A stretch of DNA of 64,000 nucleotides from Terracidiphilus sp. (GTDB lineage: Bacteria > Acidobacteriota > Terriglobia > Terriglobales > Acidobacteriaceae), in the NCBI GenBank assembly GCA_049511595.1, contig JBEKXX010000001.1:676-64675 (forward strand), given 5' to 3'. The notes beneath the pieces were generated by a model. That model saw nothing but the letters and a program-made list of their open reading frames with translations. It had not been told where the DNA came from and searched no databases. Shown one piece after another: positions 43,521 through 53,370 of this stretch. The position numbers were made by a program, and so were the translations under genes. How positions within the stretch are numbered: the first letter of the stretch is position 1; each line of letters begins with the position of its first letter.

Positions 43521-43676
43521 AGCTTCTAGCCTCTAGCTCCTAGCTTCTAGCCATGATCTTCGGCGCTCAGCCGCCCGCGCAGAACTCGTATTCGCGGGTC
43601 GATAGCAGTCTCGAAACACCGATTCCGTTAACCCGTTCACGAAGAGCTAGCGGCTAGAAGCTAGTAGCTAGAAGCT
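43521..43676. repeat. Inverted pair of heptamer arrays enclosing a core of about 94 bp
   Basis: AGCTTCT AGCCTCT AGCTCCT AGCTTCT AGC (43521-51) faces GCTAGCG GCTAGAA GCTAGTA GCTAGAA GCT (43646-76). Confidence 0.78.
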
Positions 43677-43690
43677 GTAATCTTGCTTTT

Positions 43691-44899
43691 GTGATGCCGC
43701 ACGCACTGGCGCAGGCCGTGGAGATCGCGACGACGGCGCTGGCCGTGGCCGGGATGGGATACTTTCTGGCGGCGATTGTTGCGGCGCGGGTGTTCCTGCA
43801 CCAGCGGCGCGCGCCGCAGGCTGAGTTCGCGCCCGGCGTGAGCATTCTGAAATCTCTCAAGGGCCTCGACCCCGGCATGATGGATGCCTTCCGCAGCCAT
43901 TGCCGGCAGAGCTATGCGGGCGAGTTCGAGCTGCTGTTTGGCGTCTCGTCGCTTGACGATCCCGCGGCGGCGGCCGTGAAAGCGTTGCAGGCCGAGTTTC
44001 CCGAGCGGGCCATCCGGCTGGTCGAGTGCCCCGAGCGGCTGGGCGCCAATGGCAAGGTAAGCACGCTGGCGCAGATGGTCGCGGAAGCGAGGCACGATTT
44101 TCTGCTGATCAACGACTCCGACATTACGGTAAGCCCGCACTACCTGGAGCGGGTGATGTGCTGCTTCGCTTCCCCACCCTTTCCGCAAAAGGACGCGGAG
44201 AAAATGGGGCAACCCAGGGCTGAAGTCGGATTGGTGACGGCGCTCTATCGCGGAAATCCGCGCAACACGCTGCCCTCGCGGCTTGAGGCGCTGGGGATTG
44301 CGACGGACTTCCAGGCCGGAGTACTGCTCTCGAAACTGATCGAGGGCGGATTGCATTACGGGCTGGGTTCGACGCTGGCGGTGCGGCGCGAGGCGCTGGA
44401 GAAGGCTGGCGGGTTGATGCCGCTGGTGGATCATCTGGCCGATGACTACGAGCTGGGCGAGCGCGTGGCAAAGGCCGGCTATCGCGTGGAGTTGAGCGCC
44501 GAGGTGGTGGAAACGAGCGTGCCGGCTTACGGCTGGCGCGGATTTTTCGATCATCAACTGCGCTGGCTGCGGACGGTGCGCGATGCGCGGCCGGGCGGCT
44601 ATGCGGGGCTGATCTTTACGCATGGGCTGTGTTGGGCCGTGGCGAATGTGCTGGCCGGTGGGTTGAGCCCGGTGAGCCTGTGGCTGCTGGGGTTGAGCTT
44701 CTTCCTGCGGCTGGCGCAGGCCATGACGGTGGGCGCCGCGGTGCTGGGCGATCGCGAGGTGCTGCCGAATCTGTGGCTGCTTCCCCTTCGCGATGCGATC
44801 GCGATGGGTTTGTGGGTGGCGGGATTTGCCGGAGACACCGTCGTGTGGCGCGGGGAGCGGTTCGCGCTAAAGGATGGAAAGCTGCAACGAGCAAGTTAG
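43691..44899 (+). CDS. hpnI: Hopanoid (BHT-glucosamine) glycosyltransferase HpnI, ceramide glucosyltransferase-like GT2
   Basis: VSILKSLKG, NGKVSTL, INDSD, GSTLAVRR, LADDYELG, QLRWLRT. Confidence 0.85.
   Translation: MMPHALAQAVEIATTALAVAGMGYFLAAIVAARVFLHQRRAPQAEFAPGVSILKSLKGLDPGMMDAFRSHCRQSYAGEFELLFGVSSLDDPAAAAVKALQAEFPERAIRLVECPERLGANGKVSTLAQMVAEARHDFLLINDSDITVSPHYLERVMCCFASPPFPQKDAEKMGQPRAEVGLVTALYRGNPRNTLPSRLEALGIATDFQAGVLLSKLIEGGLHYGLGSTLAVRREALEKAGGLMPLVDHLADDYELGERVAKAGYRVELSAEVVETSVPAYGWRGFFDHQLRWLRTVRDARPGGYAGLIFTHGLCWAVANVLAGGLSPVSLWLLGLSFFLRLAQAMTVGAAVLGDREVLPNLWLLPLRDAIAMGLWVAGFAGDTVVWRGERFALKDGKLQRAS
44172..44215. repeat. REP-like hairpin inserted in frame in hpnI
   Basis: CCCCACCCTTTCCGCAAAAGGACGCGGAGAAAATGGGGCAACCC: CCCCA pairs with TGGGG and TTTCCGC with GCGGAGAAA; encodes SPPFPQKDAEKMGQP. 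Confidence 0.7.
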
Positions 44900-45033
44900 C
44901 AAGCCGGCTGCTTGGCGCTGATTGCGGCGAGTTTTCGGGTCCGCGAACTCAGGTCCAAGAAGCACGACCTCCGCGGACGAGAATTTGTCCGCGCGGCCCC
45001 GAAACCTGCGGCATCCTGCAGCGCGGATGGATT

Positions 45034-47514
45034 TCAGCCGCCGTTTGCTTTTTCGGCCTCGCTGCCGGCGCGGATGGCTTCCGTGTCGAAGGTAAGGCAC
45101 GCGCCCAGCTCGTTGAAGTCTTTTTCCCAGCGCGGACGTTCTTCATCTTGCAGCGCGGTGAGCGAGTGGTCTGCGCTGCGCAAAATCTCATACCAGAGGT
45201 TCTGCGCCTGCCAGAGATTGAGGTCGAAGGGCAGCTCAATGAGCGTGTGCGCCAGCACCAGCGCGCGATCGAGCATCTCCGGCGATCCCGAAGACATTTG
45301 CAGCTCCACCATGGCGCGTTTCATGCGCCGGTCGGCGATATAGGAGAGCGTGGCCGTGTCGAGAGGCACCTGGTCGGCCTTGGCCAGTGAAAGATTGGAG
45401 CGCATCTGCGCGAGATCGATGGGGTCGCTCTCAAGCACGCGGCGCAGGCCGGCGTTGATGGCGAAGCCCGCGGCCAGCGTGAGCGCGGGCGGCTTGGGCA
45501 GGCCCGCCTGCGAGAGATAGTGGAGCAGGCTGGCGTGGTCCTGGTAGATGGTGGTGAGCGAAGTCTCGATGTCCCAGAGCGTGGAGTTGAGGATGAGCTC
45601 GACGATGCGGCGCTGTTCGTCCGTGAAGAGCGACGTGAGCGAGTAGTCGGCATGGCCGTAGAAGCGGTCAAGCAAGCGAATGACCTCAGGGAAGTCGGCG
45701 CGTTGGACGTGGCCGGCGGCCTCGGCGGAAAAGGCCTCGAAGGCTGCCGCGCCGGACTCATCGTAGGCTTTGACGGCAGCGGTGATGTTCTGGTCGCCGA
45801 AGTGGAGAACCGCAAACGAAAAGAGCTGCGCGTGGCCGGTGATGGCGCTGGCCACATGCGCTCGGCCCAGCGCAAGGCGCCCGCGGCCCGAGGTGTGAAT
45901 CTCGTAGGAGATACGGCGGACGCGGTAGCAGAAGAGGTCCGTCTCATCGGCAAACGAGGAGAAGACGGAACTGATGGCGTAGTGGGCGGCGACCTGTTCC
46001 AGGTGCAGCTCCATGGTGTCGACGCATTTCCTGTAAATGCTGGCGCCGTCGCCGGCGGCAGGATCGTTGGAGTGCGCCTCGGCCATTCGCGCCAGAAACG
46101 CGGGCTCGAGCGGCGCGGCCTGGTCGCCGAAAATCTGTTGCGCGAGCTGCAATACGCGGGCCGCGTAGGCAATCACCTGTATCGTCTCAATGCCGGCGAG
46201 GTCATCGAAGAACCATCCATCGCTGGAGTACATGAGTTGCGCGTGGCGCTGCATCTCCATGAGCTCGAGGGCGCGCACGCGCTCGGCCTCAGAGAGCGCA
46301 TGCGCCTGTTGCGCGGCGAAGAAGCGGTCCACCGACTCGGCGCCGCGGTCGAGCACAACCTGGATGTAGGCGTCGCGGGCGGCCCAAACATCGTTGAAGA
46401 GCTTGCCGCCCTCCTGTTCAGTGAGCGGGGCCAATGCGTCGCGCAACTCGTTGAACGCCTGGCGTAGAGGCGCGCGCCAAGAATGGTTCCATCCAGGATG
46501 GCCGCTGTTGCAGCCGCAGTTGGAGCGCCAGCGCTCAATGCCGTGCGGGCAGCTCCATGAGGTGTTCTCGACGATCTCGCACTCGAATTCCGGTGGAAAC
46601 TGCTCGAGGAAGCTGGCGTAATTAGTTAGCTTCACGGTCTTATCCTGCTCCAGCAGGCGCAGCGCGTAGGCCAGCGCCATCTCGCCGTACTTGTGGTGAT
46701 GGCCATAAGACTCGCCGTCGGTGGCGACGTGAACCAACTGCGCCTGAGCGCCGTCTTTGAATCCGCCCTTGAGGCGCGCGACAAGGTTGTCGCCGGAGTT
46801 GAGCAGTCCTTCAAAGGCGATGGCGCGCGAGACCGGCCCGTTGTAAAAGAAGACGGCGATGGAAGCGCCGGAGGTGAAGCGCACGAGATACGGGCGGGTT
46901 GTGTCCACCGTAGCGTCCGGCGTGGCGCTCCAATTCGCGCCTTCCTTGAGCGGGCGAATGCGCTGGCACTGGTGCGGCGCCAGCACCGTGAACTTGATGC
47001 CGTTTGTGGCGAGCGCTTCAAGAGTTGCGGAGTCGGCTGCGGTCTCCGCCAGCCACATGCCCTCAGGCGGCGCGCCAAAGCTGCTCTCGTAGTCGGCAAT
47101 ACCCCAGCGGACCTGGGTATCGCGGTCTCGCGGGCTGGCCAGCGGCAGAATCATGTGGTTATAAACCTGCGCCATGGCCGAGCTGTGGCCGCGGTAGCGC
47201 CCTCGGCTGCGGCCCTCGCCTCCCAGAATCATGCGGTAGGTGCGCGGCGCATTTTCCTTGAGCCAACTGAGCAGAGTGGGGCCGAAGTTGAAGCTCATGC
47301 GCGCGTAGTTGTTCACGATGCGCGTGATTTGATTCTTCGCGTTCACCACGCGCGCCGCGCCGTTGGGAGCGTAGCACTCGGCGCAGATGCGCTCATTCCA
47401 GTCGTGGTAGGGAGCGGCCGAGTCCTGAGTTTCTACCGTCTCCAGCCAGGGATTTTCGCGTGGCGGCTGGTAAAAGTGGCCGTGAATGCAGACAAAACGT
47501 TTGCCAGAAGGCAT
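45034..47514 (-). CDS. GH57-family glycoside hydrolase with DUF3536
   Basis: IHGHFYQPPRENPW, SFNFGPTLLSW, GMWLAE, ATDGESYGHHH, SWSCPHGIERW. Confidence 0.9.
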   Translation of the reverse strand: MPSGKRFVCIHGHFYQPPRENPWLETVETQDSAAPYHDWNERICAECYAPNGAARVVNAKNQITRIVNNYARMSFNFGPTLLSWLKENAPRTYRMILGGEGRSRGRYRGHSSAMAQVYNHMILPLASPRDRDTQVRWGIADYESSFGAPPEGMWLAETAADSATLEALATNGIKFTVLAPHQCQRIRPLKEGANWSATPDATVDTTRPYLVRFTSGASIAVFFYNGPVSRAIAFEGLLNSGDNLVARLKGGFKDGAQAQLVHVATDGESYGHHHKYGEMALAYALRLLEQDKTVKLTNYASFLEQFPPEFECEIVENTSWSCPHGIERWRSNCGCNSGHPGWNHSWRAPLRQAFNELRDALAPLTEQEGGKLFNDVWAARDAYIQVVLDRGAESVDRFFAAQQAHALSEAERVRALELMEMQRHAQLMYSSDGWFFDDLAGIETIQVIAYAARVLQLAQQIFGDQAAPLEPAFLARMAEAHSNDPAAGDGASIYRKCVDTMELHLEQVAAHYAISSVFSSFADETDLFCYRVRRISYEIHTSGRGRLALGRAHVASAITGHAQLFSFAVLHFGDQNITAAVKAYDESGAAAFEAFSAEAAGHVQRADFPEVIRLLDRFYGHADYSLTSLFTDEQRRIVELILNSTLWDIETSLTTIYQDHASLLHYLSQAGLPKPPALTLAAGFAINAGLRRVLESDPIDLAQMRSNLSLAKADQVPLDTATLSYIADRRMKRAMVELQMSSGSPEMLDRALVLAHTLIELPFDLNLWQAQNLWYEILRSADHSLTALQDEERPRWEKDFNELGACLTFDTEAIRAGSEAEKANGG

Positions 47515-47574
47515 GAGGGCCCCGATGAAGTGCGCCGCGTCCGGTGTTTGCCGGCCGCTCAAGCTATTTTACGG

Positions 47575-48276
47575 CTATCGCGCTGAACGTCCCGCCGGAG
47601 CAGTTTTCTTGGCCAGATCGCAGGCGCGCCATAGGTACCAGCTTGCGATGGAACGGTAAGGCGCCCAGCGCCAGCCGCGGCGGAGGACCACATCCGGCTT
47701 TGGCAGATCGCTGGCTTCCAGCGGGCGCGATTTGGGCACGCGCAGAAAGGTGAGCGCGAAGCCCTTGCGCACGCCGTAGTCGGTTACGGGCAGCACATCG
47801 GGCCGGCCCAGGCGGAAGATCAGCAGCATTTCGACGGTCCACGTACCGATGCCGCGCACCGCAGTGAGCCGTTCGACGATTTCCGCGTCGGACATTTTGC
47901 GAATGGCGGCGTGCGAGGGAACGGCGCCGTCGAGGGTGCGGGCGGCCAGGTCGCGAAGAGCTTTGATCTTGTTGCCGGAGACGCCGGCGGCGCGAAGCGG
48001 TTCGTCGGGCGTAGCGAGCAGAAGCTGCGGCGTGGGGTCGCCGTGGAAGTACTCGCGCACCCGGGCGTGAATGGTGGCCGCGGCCTTGCCGTGCAACTGC
48101 TGGTAAAGGATCGATTCGAGCAGGGACTCGAAGGGCGAGGGCGAAGGATCGAGACGGAGGGTGAACGGGCCGGCGCGATCGATGAGCGCCGCGAGTTTTG
48201 GGTCGCGGGCGCATAAGTGCGCCACTGCCTCTGCAGGATCGAAGGGAAGCTTGCGGCTGCGGCCGTCGTGAATCAT
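47575..48276 (-). CDS. alkA: DNA-3-methyladenine glycosylase II (HhH-GPD)
   Basis: SILYQQLHGKAA, AGVSGNK, VRGIGTWTVEMLLIF, DVLPVTDYGVR, WAPYRSIASWYLW. Confidence 0.88.
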   Translation of the reverse strand: MIHDGRSRKLPFDPAEAVAHLCARDPKLAALIDRAGPFTLRLDPSPSPFESLLESILYQQLHGKAAATIHARVREYFHGDPTPQLLLATPDEPLRAAGVSGNKIKALRDLAARTLDGAVPSHAAIRKMSDAEIVERLTAVRGIGTWTVEMLLIFRLGRPDVLPVTDYGVRKGFALTFLRVPKSRPLEASDLPKPDVVLRRGWRWAPYRSIASWYLWRACDLAKKTAPAGRSAR

Positions 48277-48410
48277 GGATGGAGTGTATCGCAGGCGGCG
48301 GCGCGGTCCGATGCATGCACCCACTGGGAAACGAACATGGGCTGTCTGCCGATCGAGTGCGCGCGCAGGTGGTACACTTCCTCCCGTTGGTGCGAGGAGA
48401 AATTTTCGCC

Positions 48411-50507
48411 ATGAAGCGCCGCGATTTTGTAAAGACGATGACTGCCGTGGGAACAGGTTTGCTGTTGCGGCCTGGCTCACGGTTTAGAGCGCTCGCCCAG
48501 GGGGCTGCACAGCCCGACCCCGGCGTCAAACGCGTGCTGGCAATGTTCAAGTGCCATTTCGACGCGGGTTTTATCGATACGCAATACAACGTGGTCCATA
48601 AACTCTACTTCGACAAGTTTTTTCCCAAGGCTATAGAGATTGCGCGCGCGGCCAACGCCGGGGGAAAGCGGCGTTATGTGTGGACCACGGGATCGTGGCT
48701 GCTCTACGAATACCTGGAGCAGGCCTCGCCCGCTGACCGCAAGACGATGGAAGAAGCGATTGCGCGCGGCGACATTGCGTGGCATGCGCTGCCGTTCACC
48801 TGGCAAACGGAGATGATGAGCCCTTCGATGATCGAGGGCAGCCTGGCGCTGGCGCGGTCGCTCGACCGGCGCTTTGGCACGGTGACCACCGGCGCAAAGA
48901 TGACCGACGTGCCGGGGCACACACGAGGCATTATCGTGCCGCTTGCCGGCCGCGGCGTCACCTTTCTTGAGATTGGCGTGAACGGCGCCTCCGCGTACGC
49001 CGAGGTGCCCCCGATCTTTCTGTGGAAGAACCAGACTGGAGCGAGCCTCGCTGTGATGTATCACCACGATTACGGCGGCGTCGCGCGCGTGCCCGGCTCC
49101 GACCTGGCGCTGGTGACCGTCGTGCGCGACGACAACAGCGGCCCGCACACGCTCGAGGAGATCGACCGCATTCACGCGGATCTGGCGGCGCGATTTCCGA
49201 ATGCGGAGATCGTAGCCGCCAATCTGAGCGAGATGGCGAATGCGCTCAAGCCCTATCACAGCAAGCTGCCGGTGGTGACTGCGGAGATTGGCGACACTTG
49301 GATCTACGGCTGCGCCAGTGACCCGCTGAAGGTGGCCCGCTATCGCGAACTGGAGCGCCTACGCAAGCAATGGCTAATCAACGGCGAGTTCCGTGAGGGC
49401 GATGCAACCGATCTTCAACTGCTGCGTTACGTGCTGCTGGAGCCCGAGCATACCTGGGGAATCGCCGCCAATCACTGGCTGGACCTGGACAACTACGAGC
49501 CTGCCGATCTGGCGCGGATGCTCGACACGAAGAACTACAAGGTGGTGGAATTCAGTTGGATCGAGAAGCGGCAGGACCTGATGGATGGCGTGGCCACGTT
49601 GCCGGAGGCGCTGCGCGAGGAAGCGCAGTTGGCGATTGAAAGCGTGGCGCCGGCGTGGCCGGTGGTCTCTCTTGGAGCCGCTCCGGCCGACGCCGGAAAG
49701 CCCATTGAGACGGAGCATTTTATCCTCGAAATCGGCGCGAAGACGGGCGCCATCACGCGGCTGCGCAACAAAGCAACCGGCCGCGAGTGGGCCAGCGCCA
49801 GGAATCCCATCGCGCTCTTCACCTACCAGACGCTTTCTGCGGAGGATTACCAGCGCTACCGGGCCAGCTATCTGGTGATGAAGTCGGATTGGGCGCTTTT
49901 GGACTTCGGCAAGCCGGACATCGAGCGGTTTGGTGCGATGAGCCAGGAATGGCACCCGGAGATCGCCGATGTTTCAGTAGAGGAAGCAAGAAAGGCGCAC
50001 CGCGTTCTAATTCGCATGCGTTTCAAGGACGATTTTGCGTTTCTGAGTGGAAGCGCCTCATTCCCGCGCGTTGCCTACACGGAGCTTTTGCTGCCTAAGG
50101 CCGAACCCACGATCCATCTGAGCCTGTCCTGGTTCGGTAAACCGGCAACGCGGCTGCCTGAGGCGCTGTGGCTTACCTTTAACCCCATCGCAGCGGACCA
50201 GAAGGGCTGGACGCTGGATAAATCCGGCGAGTGGATTTCGCCTTTTGACGTGGCGCCCTCAGGCAATCGCCACATGCACGCTGTGCAACAGGGATTCCGG
50301 TACGAGTCAGGCGACGATTCTTTCGCGGTCGACACGCTGGACGCGCCCGTGGTGGCGCTGGGCGGGCGCAATCCGCTGATCTTTTCAAACGGCCAGCCCG
50401 ACTTGGCCAGGGGGATCCACTCGTGCCTCTTCAATAATGCATGGGGCACGAACTACATCATGTGGTACGGCGAGGACGTGCTGGCGCGATATGTAATCCG
50501 CGCATAG
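48411..50507 (+). CDS. Tat-exported DUF5054 / GH38-like glycoside hydrolase
   Basis: MKRRDF leader; FKCHFDAGF, KMTDVPGHT, EIGDTWIYG, EHTWG, LFNNAWGTNY. Confidence 0.7.
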   Translation: MKRRDFVKTMTAVGTGLLLRPGSRFRALAQGAAQPDPGVKRVLAMFKCHFDAGFIDTQYNVVHKLYFDKFFPKAIEIARAANAGGKRRYVWTTGSWLLYEYLEQASPADRKTMEEAIARGDIAWHALPFTWQTEMMSPSMIEGSLALARSLDRRFGTVTTGAKMTDVPGHTRGIIVPLAGRGVTFLEIGVNGASAYAEVPPIFLWKNQTGASLAVMYHHDYGGVARVPGSDLALVTVVRDDNSGPHTLEEIDRIHADLAARFPNAEIVAANLSEMANALKPYHSKLPVVTAEIGDTWIYGCASDPLKVARYRELERLRKQWLINGEFREGDATDLQLLRYVLLEPEHTWGIAANHWLDLDNYEPADLARMLDTKNYKVVEFSWIEKRQDLMDGVATLPEALREEAQLAIESVAPAWPVVSLGAAPADAGKPIETEHFILEIGAKTGAITRLRNKATGREWASARNPIALFTYQTLSAEDYQRYRASYLVMKSDWALLDFGKPDIERFGAMSQEWHPEIADVSVEEARKAHRVLIRMRFKDDFAFLSGSASFPRVAYTELLLPKAEPTIHLSLSWFGKPATRLPEALWLTFNPIAADQKGWTLDKSGEWISPFDVAPSGNRHMHAVQQGFRYESGDDSFAVDTLDAPVVALGGRNPLIFSNGQPDLARGIHSCLFNNAWGTNYIMWYGEDVLARYVIRA

Positions 50508-50570
50508 GAACGGCGCGCGGAAAGCGGCCTCGCACATCGCGCTCTACTGCTGCGCGCAGGCCCCCAGCCG

Positions 50571-51110
50571 CTAATTCGAACCCGGCGCCGCGGCGTTCTT
50601 GGCGTGCGCGATGACGATTTCCGTCTTGCCGTTGAACCGGTTCGGCCGCACCGTCACCGACACGGACTCCCCCGATCCCGTCTTCAGGAAGAGCGTTTCA
50701 CGGTCGCCGAACGTCCTGGTTTGCGCGCCAGGGCCCAGCTTGCTTTGGTAAAAAGCGATCACCTGGTCCTTCGAATCGGAGGTGAGAAAGTTCGCCGTGA
50801 GCATGTCTTTGCCGGCGACGGTCATGCGCAGGTTTGCTTTGCCCTGCTCGGCGCCGGGATAGATCGTGACTCCCAGGTCGCTTTCCGTAACCGGTTGCGA
50901 TGAGATGGAAGTTTGGGCGACTTTGTAGGCGAAGTAGCCGAGGATTCCGGCTCCGATCAGCCCGAGGACGGCGAAGATGCCGACGATGATGAGAATAATC
51001 TTCACGGCGCTCGGGCCCTTTTTCGGAGGAGGGTAAGCGAGCGGCTGGTAGGGAGTGGTTGGCTGCGAAGGATAGCCCTGAGGAGGCTGGTTGCCGGGAA
51101 TGTTGGTCAT
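50571..51110 (-). CDS. Single-pass membrane hypothetical protein with Pro-rich N-terminus
   Basis: PQ-rich N-terminus, TM IILIIVGIFAVLGLIGAGILGYFAY, C-terminal IYPGA...VIAFY domain. Confidence 0.7.
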   Translation of the reverse strand: MTNIPGNQPPQGYPSQPTTPYQPLAYPPPKKGPSAVKIILIIVGIFAVLGLIGAGILGYFAYKVAQTSISSQPVTESDLGVTIYPGAEQGKANLRMTVAGKDMLTANFLTSDSKDQVIAFYQSKLGPGAQTRTFGDRETLFLKTGSGESVSVTVRPNRFNGKTEIVIAHAKNAAAPGSN

Positions 51111-51348
51111 GGTCCCATCCTTGTTTGCGAGTGGATTTTTCGTGACGCTGGCCGGTTGCGATTTGAAATTGCAGCCACTATACCTCATCCGCCGCGATCG
51201 GGAATTCGAATGGCAGGTGAGAAATTCCGCATCGCAGTCACGTTCCGAATCGGATTGCGCCCCGCAGTTGACGGGGATCGGAACGGACAACTGCCGGCTG
51301 GCAGCTTTACCATCAAGAGCATAGACACTTCGTTTGAGGAGCGCCACC

Positions 51349-52794
51349 ATGAAGATGCGGCCGGGATCGCAGACGGGATTTCTGCTGTGCGGCAAGGAGT
51401 GGATTGACGGAGAGGCGCTGGAGGTGCGCTCGCCGTGGGACCAGGGGCTGGTGGGCCGCGTTACCGTGGCGACGCGGGCCGACGCGCGCCAGGCCGTGAA
51501 TCATGCGGCGGCGAGCCTGCGGCGCACGCGGGCGCTGCCGCGATGGAAGCGCCGCGAGATCCTGGAAGACGTGGCCGCCGCGCTGATCGAGCAGAAGGAG
51601 CGGTTTGCGCAGCTCATTGTGACCGAGGCAGGCAAGCCGGTGCGGCTGGCGCGGACCGAGGTGGATCGCACCGTGCTCACCTTCAAGACCGCGGCCGAAG
51701 AGGCCGCGCGGCTGGGCGGCGAGAGCATTCCGCTGGATTTGACCGAAGGCAACGAGGGCCGCTGGGGGCTGGTGCAGCGCTTCGGCGTGGGGCCGGTGCT
51801 GGCGATTACTCCGTTCAATTTTCCATTGAACCTGGTGGCGCACAAGGCGGCGCCGGCTATGGCTGCGGGCTGTCCGGTGATCGTGAAACCCGCGCCGCAA
51901 ACGCCTTTCACCGCGCTGGCGCTGGGCGAAGTGATCCTGAAGGCGGGATGGCCCGAGGAGGCGCTGGCGGTACTGCCGCTCTCCAACGCCGATACCGCGT
52001 GGCTGGCGGAAAAGGAAGATCGCATCAAGCTGGTGAGCTTTACCGGCTCGGCCAAGGTGGGCTGGGAGCTGAAAGCGCACTCCGGGCGTAAGCGCGTGCT
52101 GCTGGAGCTTGGCGGCAACGCCGCGCTGGTGGTGCACGGCGACTGGAAGGATCTGGACGATGCGGCGCTGCGAACCGCACACGCGGCGTTCAACTACGCG
52201 GGGCAGTCGTGCATCAGCGTGCAGCGTGTATTTGTGGAGCGCGGAATCTTCCAGACCTTCCTGTGGAAGGTGGCGGACATAGCGGAGAAGCTGGTGGTTG
52301 GCGACCCATCGAAGGAAGACACGGAAGTGGGACCGCTGATACGGCAGAGCGAAGCCGAACGCGTGGAAGCGTGGGTGAAGGAGGCAGTGGAGAGCGGCGC
52401 GAAGCTGGTAACCGGCGGCGAGCGCAAGGGATCCATGATTACGCCCGTTATTCTGACCGGAACCAAGCCCGGCATGAAGGTCCACGACGAGGAAGTGTTC
52501 GGTCCAGTGGTGCTGATTGAGCCGTACGACGACTTCGAGGAGGCTCTGGCCGCGGTGAATCACTCCAAGTATGGATTGCAGGCCGGACTGCTGACGCGCG
52601 ACGCCGGCCGTATCCTTACCGCCTACCGCGAGCTGGAGGTGGGCGCTCTGATTGTGGGCGACACGCCGAGCTGGCGTCTGGATCCCATGCCCTATGGCGG
52701 AGTGAAGGATTCCGGATTGGGCCGCGAGGGGATCCGCTGGGCCATCGAGGAGATGACCGAGCCGCGCATGCTCATGATGGCGGGAATAGGATAA
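51349..52794 (+). CDS. Aldehyde dehydrogenase family protein
   Basis: ITPFNFP, VKPAPQTP, FTGS, LELGGN, GQSCIS, EEVFGP, PYGGVKDSG. Confidence 0.95.
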   Translation: MKMRPGSQTGFLLCGKEWIDGEALEVRSPWDQGLVGRVTVATRADARQAVNHAAASLRRTRALPRWKRREILEDVAAALIEQKERFAQLIVTEAGKPVRLARTEVDRTVLTFKTAAEEAARLGGESIPLDLTEGNEGRWGLVQRFGVGPVLAITPFNFPLNLVAHKAAPAMAAGCPVIVKPAPQTPFTALALGEVILKAGWPEEALAVLPLSNADTAWLAEKEDRIKLVSFTGSAKVGWELKAHSGRKRVLLELGGNAALVVHGDWKDLDDAALRTAHAAFNYAGQSCISVQRVFVERGIFQTFLWKVADIAEKLVVGDPSKEDTEVGPLIRQSEAERVEAWVKEAVESGAKLVTGGERKGSMITPVILTGTKPGMKVHDEEVFGPVVLIEPYDDFEEALAAVNHSKYGLQAGLLTRDAGRILTAYRELEVGALIVGDTPSWRLDPMPYGGVKDSGLGREGIRWAIEEMTEPRMLMMAGIG

Positions 52795-52886
52795 AGCGAG
52801 CGTTGCCACCTCCGCATCGGGAGGCGCGGCAAAAGCCGCGTCTGCACACTGCGGCATCGCGGCAACGCGTCAAAACAAGAGAACGG

Positions 52887-53129
52887 CTATGCTTTTGGTT
52901 TCGCCTTGGCGCGCACCGCAGCCCAGCGCTTGCGCTGCGCATCGGCGATCCGCTTGCGCGCTTCGGCGCTCAGCACACGCTTCTTCCTGGGCTTGGCTTT
53001 GGCGGCCGCTTTCCCGGCTTTGCGTCCGGCTTTTGCGGCTGCGGTACCGATTGTGGCCAGCAGCGTACGCGCCTGCTTGAGCCTTGCAATCTCAGAGTCG
53101 AGTTGGGCAAGAATGTTTTCAATCGCCAT
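52887..53129 (-). CDS. Small basic protein (coiled coil plus Lys/Arg/Ala-rich tail), candidate DNA-binding protein
   Basis: IENILAQLDSEIARLKQARTLL...KPRKKRVLSAEARKRIADAQRKRWA. Confidence 0.7.
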   Translation of the reverse strand: MAIENILAQLDSEIARLKQARTLLATIGTAAAKAGRKAGKAAAKAKPRKKRVLSAEARKRIADAQRKRWAAVRAKAKPKA

Positions 53130-53296
53130 AAACATAGAATAACTCAAAAATTCACATTTATGAAAGTTTTCTGACAGCATTTTCTTGACTTAGGAAGGCC
53201 ATTTACTCGATAAGTCGATTCCACTTAAGCCGCGCGCAGGCGGCGCGCTTACCATGCGTAAGCGGATATGGCAGAGGCATTGCCCGGAGACACCGC

Positions 53297-53326
53297 GGCG
53301 GGATAGGCGAATCAACCTATCCCGCC
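53297..53326. terminator. Perfect 11-bp hairpin downstream of the 53371-53928 gene
   Basis: GGCGGGATAGG-CGAATCAA-CCTATCCCGCC; no U tract. Confidence 0.45.
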
Positions 53327-53370
53327 AACGCGTGCCCAAATTGCCGGCGTCCTTACCGGGACCGCTTCGC

